The notes beneath the pieces are model-generated. The model was not told the origin of the DNA and did not search any database. It saw nothing but the letters and a program-made list of their open reading frames with translations. 64,000 bases of DNA from an uncultured Desulfobacterales bacterium (GTDB lineage: Bacteria > Desulfobacterota > Desulfobacteria > Desulfobacterales > Desulfococcaceae). The stretch covers positions 3,303 through 67,302 of the forward strand of contig CAZDIU010000002.1 in the NCBI GenBank assembly GCA_964505535.1, given 5' to 3'. The position numbers and the translations under genes were made by a program. Shown here piece by piece: positions 17,721 through 27,300 of this stretch (positions are counted from its first letter, which is position 1; the number at the start of each line of letters is the position of its first letter).

Positions 17721-18062
17721 TTATGCCGCCATTTTGCTGTCAAAGGTTCTGCGCATGTCAAACTCTGCTTTTTTCCCGGCGTTCCAGTTTTTTACTGGCC
17801 GCAGATAGCCAACCACGCGGGAATACATTTCGGTTTCCTGATCATATGCCGGATTTTTTGCATAGCACGCAGGGCATTTTATTTTCCGTTCTCCGGATTG
17901 CAGCGTGTAAACCGCGCCGCCTTCAATGTGAAATCCGTCTTCCAGAGCATCAATGAAAATTTTGATTTTCTTTTTGCAGTCACAGCACGGGCCTTCAAAA
18001 AAAACACCGCATTCCCACGCGTTCTGTTCATCAAAAAAAGTGTGCAGTTGTTCAATGTTCAT
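17721..18062 (-). CDS. stand-alone NrdD C-terminal-like domain (Zn ribbon + glycyl-radical motif)
   Basis: ATG at 18062 after AGGAG. Has CCDC...CPAC followed by SRVVGYLRPVKNWNAGKKAEFDMRR. This matches the NrdD C-terminal pattern RVCGYL...(F/W)NxGKxxE...R around the radical glycine. Confidence 0.6.
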   Translation of the reverse strand: MNIEQLHTFFDEQNAWECGVFFEGPCCDCKKKIKIFIDALEDGFHIEGGAVYTLQSGERKIKCPACYAKNPAYDQETEMYSRVVGYLRPVKNWNAGKKAEFDMRRTFDSKMAA

Positions 18063-18063
18063 G

Positions 18064-18477
18064 TCATATCTCCTGAAAGTTGATGGTGAACCCGTAAAAA
18101 TTGTCCGTGTCTTCATAACTCGGTTTTCCTGCCTGAACCGGTGAGGCTGATACAGCGGGAGGGTTTTCATTGGCAACAAAACGCACACGGAACCATTGGC
18201 CCCAGTATTCCAGAAAATACAGTGCTTTGGGAACAGAGGCCAGTGCCAGAGTTGAACGGACAACAGCCCATGTAACCCGCCCGCGGGAACCTTCCGGGGC
18301 CAGGGTAATCATGCGTCCGTAGGCATAATCCTCAAACACAATGGGCGTATCTGCCAAAGATTTCACCGCAACAGCTTTGACCCCGGTATGCGAAGTCATA
18401 TCCTGCATTGCCAGTTCATCCGGCAGTGTCACCAAAATTTCTGTTTTTTCAATATCCCAAATGCGGATATGATCCAT
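18064..18477 (-). CDS. tail protein (first minus-strand gene after the tape measure)
   Basis: Start MDHIRIW after GGGGGAG. 137 aa. Position is equivalent to lambda gpM or a distal tail protein. Confidence 0.5.
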   Translation of the reverse strand: MDHIRIWDIEKTEILVTLPDELAMQDMTSHTGVKAVAVKSLADTPIVFEDYAYGRMITLAPEGSRGRVTWAVVRSTLALASVPKALYFLEYWGQWFRVRFVANENPPAVSASPVQAGKPSYEDTDNFYGFTINFQEI

Positions 18478-18565
18478 ATTCTCCCCCATTTGTTTTACCT
18501 GCATTGCCGAAAAACCGGCTGTTTTCAGGATCGCCTGAAAATACGAAAAAAGCAACAGAAAATAC

Positions 18566-18594
18566 TTGCAAAAAAGCGGTTTGCCGTGTATGCT
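18566..18594 (+). promoter_or_regulatory. candidate promoter of the plus-strand accessory island
   Basis: TTGCAA (18566-18571), 17 nt, TATGCT (18589-18594), about 30 nt upstream of the 18625 start. Confidence 0.45.
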
Positions 18595-18624
18595 CGGAAA
18601 AACTTGGGACTGCAAAAAAGGGAG

Positions 18625-19008
18625 ATGATAAGAATGCAAATTGCAAGGGAAGAACCAAGACAGATAAACAAAAAGGCTGTGGCCGCAGTTGTGTCTGCCT
18701 TTCTGCTGACCGGACTGCTGTTTGCAGCATACAAAAGCCCGTTTTACCGGGAGTATGTTTTTAAAAAATCCGCCACAGCATACCTGCGGGAACGGATGAA
18801 AGACCCTGATTCTCTGAAGATTCTTGAATGGGGAAAATTTGAACCTGTTCCGGAAAAGGACAGGGCGGAATATTCTTTTATGAAAGCGGCGCACTGGAGT
18901 GTCAGTGTGAAATACTCAGGCACAAATTCTTACGGCGGCAGGGTAAGCACTGAGGTGAATCTGCTGCTGAACGCAGAGGGGGTATGCTATTATGATTACG
19001 GGGGGTGA
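18625..19008 (+). CDS. membrane-anchored small protein (moron; possible exclusion factor)
   Basis: ATG after AAAGGGAG. One N-terminal TM segment AVAAVVSAFLLTGLLFAAY, then a ~90-aa soluble domain. Confidence 0.55.
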   Translation: MIRMQIAREEPRQINKKAVAAVVSAFLLTGLLFAAYKSPFYREYVFKKSATAYLRERMKDPDSLKILEWGKFEPVPEKDRAEYSFMKAAHWSVSVKYSGTNSYGGRVSTEVNLLLNAEGVCYYDYGG

Positions 19009-19225
19009 AAAAGAAAGTAAGAATATGAATTGCAGAATATGGTCTTTTGCATTTTATTCAATTTGTTATGAATCTATTATATGGGGTGTTTTTGGGTGGG
19101 GTGTTTTCGCAAAAGGAGCTTCTGCGTGGTGGTTTATTTTAGCTGTCTTTTTATCCATTTCCCAACTTAAACCAAAGCATTTTGGAATCAATCCATGCTT
19201 TGACAGAACACCTGTGGCGGAGTGA
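18992..19225 (+). CDS. small integral membrane protein
   Basis: 77 aa with two Trp-rich hydrophobic segments. The start is uncertain (18992 or 19025). Confidence 0.45.
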   Translation: MITGGEKESKNMNCRIWSFAFYSICYESIIWGVFGWGVFAKGASAWWFILAVFLSISQLKPKHFGINPCFDRTPVAE

Positions 19226-19230
19226 TAAAA

Positions 19231-19292
19231 ACATAACCCATCGTTCAAGCGGACGGGCAAAAAGACGCCCGCCGCTTAACTCTATGTTATGC
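19231..19292 (+). mobile_element. integron attC-like site B
   Basis: R'' ACATAAC, CCATC, L'' GTTCAAGCGG, hairpin CGGGC/GCCCG, L' CCGCTTAAC, TCTAT, R' GTTATGC. CATAAC and GTTATG are exact complements. Confidence 0.75.
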
Positions 19293-19356
19293 TTCTTTAA
19301 ATTAAGAAAGGAGATAGCCATTGTATATTTGTAATTTAAAAAAGAGTGAGGAATAT

Positions 19357-20271
19357 ATGAAAATTACGTATTATACTTATTTTGTAAAAAATAACAATGG
19401 CATGTGGCATCATAATTTACTTCCTTTTCTGCATAGATTTGTAGAATATAATAATCCAGAATTTAAAAAAACATTCACTTATTCTCAAAATCAATTGTAT
19501 CTTTTTAAATTAACTAATCATATTTTCTTGTTTGTAATCACAAAAGACTCTGAAATAATAAAAACTATAGATTCAGAAGCATTGAATTATGGAGATATTT
19601 ATCAAAGGTTACAAGAAGATGAGCGGCTTGGATTTGCATCTTATATATATGTAGACAATTTGTTTTACGGAATAGGCTCAACTATAGGTGGTCCTAAAAA
19701 CACAGTATGGTTAGATTTTATAAATCAAATATTTATGAAGTTAAATATCGGTAAATATACGATTGATTCATTTCCATTACCATCAATGGCCACAAGAGAT
19801 GAAATATTAAAAATGGATATTGTAGGCAGGACTACTTTTGAAATAGATAACTCTAATGATTTTGCGAAACAGATTATGGGGCTTTTTTGTGCTGATGTCA
19901 ACGAAATTGACTGTCTTGAGGTAATAATCAAACCAAAAAGTAAAAAAAGCATAATAAACAGCTTTGCTAAATTATGTGGCAGTCTCAATGATGATGGGTT
20001 GAAAAAATTTTTGGTCAAAGCAAAAGCATCTATTGAAGATTCTTTAAAAGACTTCTATATTGTTGGGAAAGGATATGTTTCTGATAGCATTAAATCTCGT
20101 GATGATTTTAATATCTGTGAAGAAATTACTGATAAAATATCTAATAATCCAATATTAAATGAAAAAATTCAAGAATTCATAATAGATGAAAGGTTTTATA
20201 GCGATGAAATTCAAGATATTACTTGTTTTAATAGCATTGATAATTGGAGGCGTATTCTACTTAATAATTGA
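19357..20271 (+). CDS. rexA: RexA-like abortive-infection/exclusion protein
   Basis: Aligns by eye with lambda RexA (recalled from memory). LYLFKLTNHIFLFVITKD matches LYIHKIDGKTFLFTKTND. DERLGFASYIYVDNLFYGIGSTIGGPKNTVWLDFI matches DESLGFPSFLFVEGDTIGFARTVFGPTTSDLTDFL. IVGRTTFEI...LEVIIKPKSKKSI matches FIGRTTVKV...LDIVIKPKFKRDI. The gene is very AT-rich. Confidence 0.75.
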   Translation: MKITYYTYFVKNNNGMWHHNLLPFLHRFVEYNNPEFKKTFTYSQNQLYLFKLTNHIFLFVITKDSEIIKTIDSEALNYGDIYQRLQEDERLGFASYIYVDNLFYGIGSTIGGPKNTVWLDFINQIFMKLNIGKYTIDSFPLPSMATRDEILKMDIVGRTTFEIDNSNDFAKQIMGLFCADVNEIDCLEVIIKPKSKKSIINSFAKLCGSLNDDGLKKFLVKAKASIEDSLKDFYIVGKGYVSDSIKSRDDFNICEEITDKISNNPILNEKIQEFIIDERFYSDEIQDITCFNSIDNWRRILLNN

Positions 20272-20626
20272 TACCGCCATCCCTTTAGATGTGCTTAACA
20301 AATTGTTTAGCAAAATTGATATTGTAAGCACAATAATTGCTACTTTCAGCTTTACTATGGCTGGTTTTTTAGCAACAATAATCGCGTTGCTTTTAGGTTT
20401 AAGCAATAGACATTTCTTTAAAAAATACAAACATTATGGACATTTAAAAAACCTACTGTTCTTATATTTTTCTACTTTGGTCTTTCTGTTTATCAATTAC
20501 GGAATCAGCATCTTTTCGTTTTGTAATATAATACTGCTTAAAATAATGATAAGTATATCATTTTTAAATATAGTCCAAATTTTTTTTATTAGTTTGGCGG
20601 CATATGTATTAAGCAAAAAAGCATAA
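20204..20626 (+). CDS. rexB: RexB-like four-TM membrane protein
   Basis: About 140 aa with 4 hydrophobic helices. FTMAGFLATIIALLLGLSNRHFFKKYKHYGHL resembles lambda RexB YAGTMIAILIAALTFLIGSRTRRLAKIREYGYM. Lies immediately 3' of rexA. The start is uncertain (20186 or 20204). Confidence 0.7.
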   Translation: MKFKILLVLIALIIGGVFYLIIDTAIPLDVLNKLFSKIDIVSTIIATFSFTMAGFLATIIALLLGLSNRHFFKKYKHYGHLKNLLFLYFSTLVFLFINYGISIFSFCNIILLKIMISISFLNIVQIFFISLAAYVLSKKA

Positions 20627-20676
20627 CCAGTCGTTCCACCGGACGGCGAAAGCCGCCGGTGAACTTGTTGTTAGAT
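20621..20676 (+). mobile_element. integron attC-like site C
   Basis: R'' GCATAAC (contains the rexB stop), CAGTC, L'' GTTCCACCGG, hairpin CGGC/GCCG, L' CCGGTGAAC, TTGTT, R' GTTAGAT. The L''/L' changes are compensatory relative to sites A and B. Confidence 0.75.
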
Positions 20677-20691
20677 GTATGGAGGTAAATC

Positions 20692-21366
20692 ATGATAGCT
20701 GCTTTATTCGTTGAAAAAAACGGATGCTATTTTAATATGCCCGGAGTTGACCCGTGGGATGAAGATCGGGACGCTCGTAAATATCAAGGGCCTTATCCGG
20801 TTGTGGCGCACCCGCCATGCCAGAGATGGGGGAAAATGTGGGCAGGCCAGCCATTATGGATAAAGAAGACCGGACAAAAGAAAAGGAAAGGCGATGACGG
20901 AGGGTGTTTTGCTTCTGCGATTAATGCGGTCCGTGTTTATGGTGGGGTTCTGGAGCATCCGTTTGGCAGCCACGCCTGGCCCTATTTTGGACTGACAAAA
21001 CCGCCCCGGTCTGGCGGATGGGTCCAGGCTGATAATTATGGCGGGTGGACTTGTTGTGTTGAGCAAGGGCGTTACGGCCATTATGCTCCAAAACCAACTT
21101 ATTTATATGCTATTGGGTGTCAGTTGCCGGAACTTGAATGGGGTGTTTACAAAGTCAGCGATGATGATTTTCCAAAGTGGGCTATGGAAAAATATGGGCG
21201 TGAAAAATGCAGAAGAGCCGGGTTGCTTGCATTTAAAGGCGGTAATAAAAATAGTTCACCACGCATCAGCACCCCGGAAAAATTTAGAGATTTACTTATA
21301 TCGATAGCAAAAACATCTAACCAGCGCATGGAGCGGACGGCAAACAGCGCCGCCGCTCACCATTAA
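20692..21366 (+). CDS. C5-cytosine-methyltransferase-fold protein (divergent; function uncertain)
   Basis: 224 aa. Has AHPPCQRWG (motif IV-like PCQ), VLEHPFGS (motif VI ENV-like) and VEQGRYGHYAPKPT (motif VIII-like). The N-terminus AALFVEKNG lacks the FxGxG SAM loop. Confidence 0.4.
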   Translation: MIAALFVEKNGCYFNMPGVDPWDEDRDARKYQGPYPVVAHPPCQRWGKMWAGQPLWIKKTGQKKRKGDDGGCFASAINAVRVYGGVLEHPFGSHAWPYFGLTKPPRSGGWVQADNYGGWTCCVEQGRYGHYAPKPTYLYAIGCQLPELEWGVYKVSDDDFPKWAMEKYGREKCRRAGLLAFKGGNKNSSPRISTPEKFRDLLISIAKTSNQRMERTANSAAAHH

Positions 21367-21374
21367 CGTTACCC
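21315..21374 (+). mobile_element. integron attC-like site D (more divergent)
   Basis: R'' ATCTAAC, CAGCG, L'' ..GGAGCGG, hairpin CGGC/GCCG, L' CCGCTC(A)CC, R' GTTACCC. Overlaps the 3' end of the 224-aa ORF and the tape-measure stop codon. Confidence 0.55.
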
Positions 21375-24300
21375 GTTCGGTTTCTTCCTCTGCTCCTTGG
21401 TCAACGCCCGCATGAGTGACCGTGCGGTTTCCTCATCACTCCACATTTTATAACTGCTTCCGCCCACTGTCAAATTTACCGTGCCGTAATGCGGCGCGCC
21501 TGCCGCTGCCATTACCGGCCCGCCTGCGGCAAAATGCTGAACAGGCGCAAAACTTGGCATCTGCGGCAGAGCAAACCGGAATTCCGGCATCACAAGTCCA
21601 CCCTGGGCATATCCTTTAATCCGTGCCGCTGCGGTTGACAGTGCAGACGTGATGCGCTCACGGCCCGCATTCTGCAAACTCCGCAGGAAATGGAAAAAGT
21701 CAACCCCGAAGGATTTCACCACAGGCTTCGGGATCACGTATTCCCCCGGCGTCAGCATGGCCGGGACAGTATCACCGTCACCGGAACCGGGGACTTCACC
21801 TCCGCCTGCCATTGCCACAGACGCTCCGGTTTCCCCTTGTTTGCTCAGTTTGTCCTTCAGCGCAACCAGTTCCATGAACTTCTTGCGGGTCTTTTCCGTG
21901 TTGATGTCCAGTTCCACAGGATTGCTGAGTTCTTCCATCAAATCCCTGGCCTCTTCCGCTGCTTCCGCAAGGCCCTTTTTCACCTTGTCATCAATCACAT
22001 GCCCGATGGCTTCCAGCATTCCGTTGGTTTCTTCCATTGCATTTTTGATGGAGTCTGAATTTTTTTCTGTTTCTGCCTGCGCTTTTTCCAATACCTGCAC
22101 ACGGGCGTCAGACACGGACACCATCTTTTTCTGAATGTCCTCAATTGCGGATATGGCTTTCTTTGTGGAAGCCTCCTTGGACACCAGAACCTTATCACCC
22201 TCTTTGATTTCGGTTGCCATTCCTGCCGCCGCATCCTTGGCCTCTTTCAGCAGACGGGTTTTTTCCTCATACTGGGCATTGCTCATGGCGTCTGCTTTGG
22301 CAATCTTCTCATTGATCTCCGCCCATTTGTCATTGTACGCCTGCTGCTCGGTCATTGTCCCGCGCTTCAAGTCACGGATCTTCTCTTCCGTTGACATCTG
22401 CTCATCAGCAAGAGATTTCCTGACATTTTTGATTTCCTCTGCAATCTGCTTTTCCATTGCCAGAGAATCCTGCAGTTCTTTCTGCAAAGCGTCTTTGGCC
22501 TGCCTGTACATCTCCTTTTTCTTTTCCAGCACGGCCCTGTCTATGCCTTCAACCTCTCTGGCATAGTCTTTCTGAACCTTTGCGGCCCCGTCAGAAACAT
22601 CTTCCTGTATATCAAGGCTTTCCTCCAAAGACTTTTTCCGGTTTTCCGTGTTCTCCTGATACAGCAGGTTGAGCGCTTCATTGGCCTCTTTTTCTATCTG
22701 CACCATGTCAATGCCATTCTTCTTTGCCAGTTCCGGATTCATCGCCCACATGTTGGCGCGCTCAATGGCATATTCGGCATTCAGCTTTTCCTGCATGGTG
22801 AGGGCTGTTTTTGTTTCCGCTGTCTCAGCGGACAGAGCCTTTTTCTTGGCCCCAAGGGTTTCCGCAATGCGGCTGTTTTCTTTGTCGGCAAACTGGTCCA
22901 GCATGGTTTCCTGCAATCCCAACTGTGACCGTATGGCCGTGACCCGTTCCTCAGACATCTTCAACTGTACTGCCCGAATCTTGTCCGCATAGGTCATGGA
23001 CGCCTGCAGATCAGCTTCGGTCATTCCCGGTGAACCCTTGGGGGACTGCTGATAGGCTGCTGCCAGTTGGATATTCCGCTGTTTTATTGCCTCGATTTCC
23101 TGTGCGGACATATCCGAGAGGTTCCCGACCGATTCTTTCAGGGATGCCTCAAACGCCTTTTTCCCAAGAGCAAACCGCTGATCCTCGGACAGTCCGGCAG
23201 TGTAAGCCGCATATTTTTCCGCATTGCTTTTGCGGATTACATCCAGTTCCTGCTCACTCAGGTCAGAAAGATTCCCGACCGATTCTTTCAGGGATTTGAA
23301 GAACGCAGATTCACCGACAGACTTCCCTTTCAGTTGGGATTCATAGAATTTTGTCTCTGCTTCCTGCTGCATGATTTCCAGCCGGGAGAGTTCTTCCTGA
23401 TACGCATCCAGTTTGTCCTGTGACGCCTGCTGGAGCCGCTGGGTCTTTTCCTCAATCTTTTTCAGAACAGATTCCAGAGAGGACTCCGCCACTGCCTTCT
23501 GTTCATCTTCCACCTGCTTCTTGAACTGGTCAAATGCGTCCTTCCGGATTCTGTTGATGGTCGCGGACTTCTCCTCTTCGGAAAGTCCCATTCTTGCGGC
23601 GGACTTTTCAAACTCCTCCACCTGCTGCTGTGTGCTTTCCACCATTTTCCGGAAATCCAGTTTCCGCATGGCATCCAGATTGTTGTAAAACACCATGTAC
23701 TCGGCCTGCGCCTTGGACACAGCGGTTTTCTGTTCTTCGGTGTAATCCGCCAGAACAACTTTGACCCCGGCCATTGCCTTGGCAAATGCAGGCCCGACAT
23801 CTGCCCCGGCTATCTGGGCAAGGTCTTTGTTCATGTCAGACGCCTGCTTTTTCATGATGTCATTGGCCGTTGCCTGGGCTTTGGTGATTTCCTCTGTTGT
23901 CTGTGCGTTCTGGGTAAGAATCTGCACATTCTTCTCATACTCGGATTTCAGTATGGTGTCATTGTTGGCTTTGATCTGCTCCACCAGTTCCGTGTTGTAC
24001 GGGTCCTGCTCCAACTGCTTTTTCAGGATTTCGTTTTTCTGCGCGGCAACGGAAGCAGCTGCCTCCAGTTCCTTCTTTGCATAGTCGTTACGCATTTTCT
24101 CTCTGGTGGCCTCAACAATCTTTTTTATCTCCTCTTCATTGTTGGTTTCCATCTGCAGGAATGTCTCAAGCCGGTGAACTTCAGCATTGATCAGTTCCTC
24201 GTTCAGTTCCTTGTTGCTGTCCAGATACTTTTTGTTGCCGGTGACATCGTACAGTTTCTGGTTAAGGGCAATGCGAGCGGAAGCGGTCTTTGCGTCTTCA

Positions 24301-27300
24301 TCCAGTTTGTCCTGATCTTTCTTCCGGGTTTCCGCAATCTCCCGCGCCTTTTCCGCGATGATTTTGTCTGTCAGCTTTTCTGTCTGGTTTTCCAGAAATT
24401 TCCGTGCGCCCTCTGCCATATAGGATTCCTCATAAATGGCTTCTTCTTTGGCACGGAGCTGGTCTTCAAACCCGCCTTTCCTGACTTTCACTTCCTTTTC
24501 CACACCGTCAATGGTCTGCTTCTCTGTTCTTTCAACCCCTTTCATATGATCGGCAATCCTGTTTTCCACTTCCGCAGCATACATGGCATTGACACGTTCC
24601 TCTTTTTCTTTGGCAGACAGATATTCATTGTCATCGGCCTTGGCAAAGGCTTCCACACGTTTGCCGAGGCGTTCCTTGTCCGCCTTCTCGTTGGCTTCGA
24701 TTTCCTCTCTGATAAATCTGTTTTTTTCTTCCAGCACCGCCTTCTGAATACCCACTTCCTTTGTGGCAACATATTCTGCCTGCTTTACCTTCATCTGAGC
24801 GGCAATCACGGCCTCATTGTCCGCGTTGATCTGCTGCACGGCCAACTGCTGCATCACAGTGGTTTTCTCCTTCATTTTCTCCATTTCCTTGTTCAACTGG
24901 TGAACAGTGGGAGAATCCCCCTGATAGGTGCGGGCCAGCATAATATCTTCCTGCAACGCTTTGATGCTTTTGATTTCGCGTTTGTAGTCGTCTATGGCGT
25001 TTTGATTTTCAGTCGGATCAAAACGGAAAAACTTTCTGACAATAGGGATCACACCAATAATGACATTCCCGATTTCTTTGACTTTCATTTTTATGCTTTC
25101 CCATACGATACCAAAGTGCTTTCCCAGAATATCCACGTCCGCCCACATGGTTTGGATAATGTCATCCACTTTGATAAGACCGACCTGGATGTTTCCTATC
25201 CATCGTCCGATATTCCATCCGTCAACAGCGGCCATGATAACACCGAAGACATTGAATATCCTTAGCGCAACTGCACCAATTTTTGTCAGAACAGGCGTTA
25301 TCACTGCAAGGTATCTGGTGACTGTGGGTGAAATCCATTTCAGGAATGTGGAAAGATACCCTTTGGCATAGGTAATCCCGCGAATGACCACCCTGAAAAT
25401 ATCTTCCACCCATTTGGCGACAGTCCCTATAATCCGGTTCTGTCCAAGTCCTCTTATCCATGCCACAGAATAGTTTTTCAGGCCGACAAGACTGTTTTTG
25501 ATCAGATCCACTCCTGCCAGTGCGGCTTTTTTGATTCCTTCCCATACGGCCTTGAACATTCTGCTGAAATCTATCAGCTTTTTTTCGCCCATCACAGCAG
25601 CATCATAACCGATCTGCCCCATAGCTTTCAGCCTGGTTGCTGTCTGCTGTATGGTTTCCCCTGGCAGTGATTTGCTCATCATTTTGAACAAATCTATGGT
25701 TGTCCCCAAGGTTTTGTTCAGCCCGACTGTAAGAGTGTACAGCACCTTGAAAGGATACGTGATTGGCGTTGCGAGCATTTTCCCTAACCTGCCCAGAGAT
25801 GCAAACCCTGCTTTTATTTTGTCTATCATTCCGACAATGGCATTGAATTCCCCTTTCAGAAAACTGCCAAGCCCTGCCTGCGCTCTGGGGCCTGCGTTCT
25901 GAATTGCCGCACCCTCCCGTATCATTCTCTGCAAAGAAATGGTTCCTTTATCATATGCCCTGTTCAGCTTTTCCATGTCGCTGATAAGGGGGGGGAATAT
26001 GTCGCCGTGCATGGCTCTGAACCATGCGAACCAGTGGATGTTCCAAGATTTTACCGTTTCGGAAATCGGTTCCGTGTATTCCTTTATTTTATTTGCACCC
26101 TCCTTCATGACTTCCGCAGCATCTTCTATCCTGCTGGCAAGTTCTTTCTCCCATGATTTCGGGAGCAGAAGGTCTGTTATCTTTATCGCAAGGGCGTTGT
26201 TCTTTAACACATTGGCTGTTTTTTTAAGAGCAATGGCAATGTATGATGGCAGGTTCAGTGAAAGTTCTGCCATCTTCCCATATATACTCACAACAATTTC
26301 TGTGATTTCATGGAACACACTGTATCCCGCTTCTGTAGTGGTGGCAGCCCAGCCTGCCACACCGATTGTTTCCCATGCAACCGACATCGCCATCATTCTG
26401 TCATAAAAAGTCTCAATCCCCTTTATTACCCTGCCGGTATGAAATATAAAGGAATTTGCTTCGCCTTCTGCAATTTTTATTGCAGTCTGCGATGATTGTC
26501 TTAATATGGCCTCCTTTTTTGCAGAATATTCTTTCAGAATGTCGGCCATTCTGGTGTATCTGTTTTTTTCAGCGTCAACAATCAGTTTGCTCAGACGTTC
26601 AACTTCTCCGGTCATACCCAATTGTTCCGCAATGTCCATCTGGCTTTTCAGTTTGTCTGTCCTGATTTTCAGTGCTTCATCTTCAAATTCCCGCAGTTTT
26701 CTCGTTCTGATTTCATTCATGTCCGCTTCGGATTTGACAACCCTGGCGGTCTTTTCCAGTTCAACGTCTATGATTTTTTTACTGTTTTCCCTCCACAGAT
26801 TGATGTATTCCGTATTCCCGGTCTGCTCATACAGCCTGCGGTATTCTTCCGCGTTCTTCTGTGCAAACCGCACCTGCGTATCAAGAACATTCTGCTGGAA
26901 AATTTCCATATCAGAAAGATATTTGCGATGGGCAAGCTCCGCATCCTTCAGGATGGTGGCATTCTTGACTTCCTCTGCGATCATCATTTTCTGATGATCT
27001 TTCTTCACCTTTTCCAAAAGGTCGGTATCACCGGTTACTTCATACAACTGCTGATACGTTTTTTTGGTGGCGTCCATCCGTTCCAGTTCCATCGCATTCA
27101 TGTCCATGTTGAATGCTTCCTGTGCAAGCGACATTCTTTCGTTGTGATGGTCGGTTTCCTGCTCTATTGCTTCATGATGTTTGAGCCATCCCTGCTGCTC
27201 TTCGGACAGGAGCGATTTCCAGTCAGTGAAAAATGTTGCAATTCTTCCGACTGTTTTCCCAAAGATATTGGCAATAATGCCTTCATGCTCGGCAGCAGCA

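Noticed and set aside
5713-21374. The repeated hairpin elements as a CRISPR array, or as plain rho-independent terminators.
   Set aside because: They are not CRISPR. Spacing is irregular (0.1, 0.7, 1.4 and 13 kb), each unit is an imperfect palindrome, and the intervals carry genes. A pure terminator role is not excluded. However, the conserved flanking AAC/GTT boxes, unpaired 5-nt spacers, bulged base and lack of T-runs fit attC better than intrinsic terminators.
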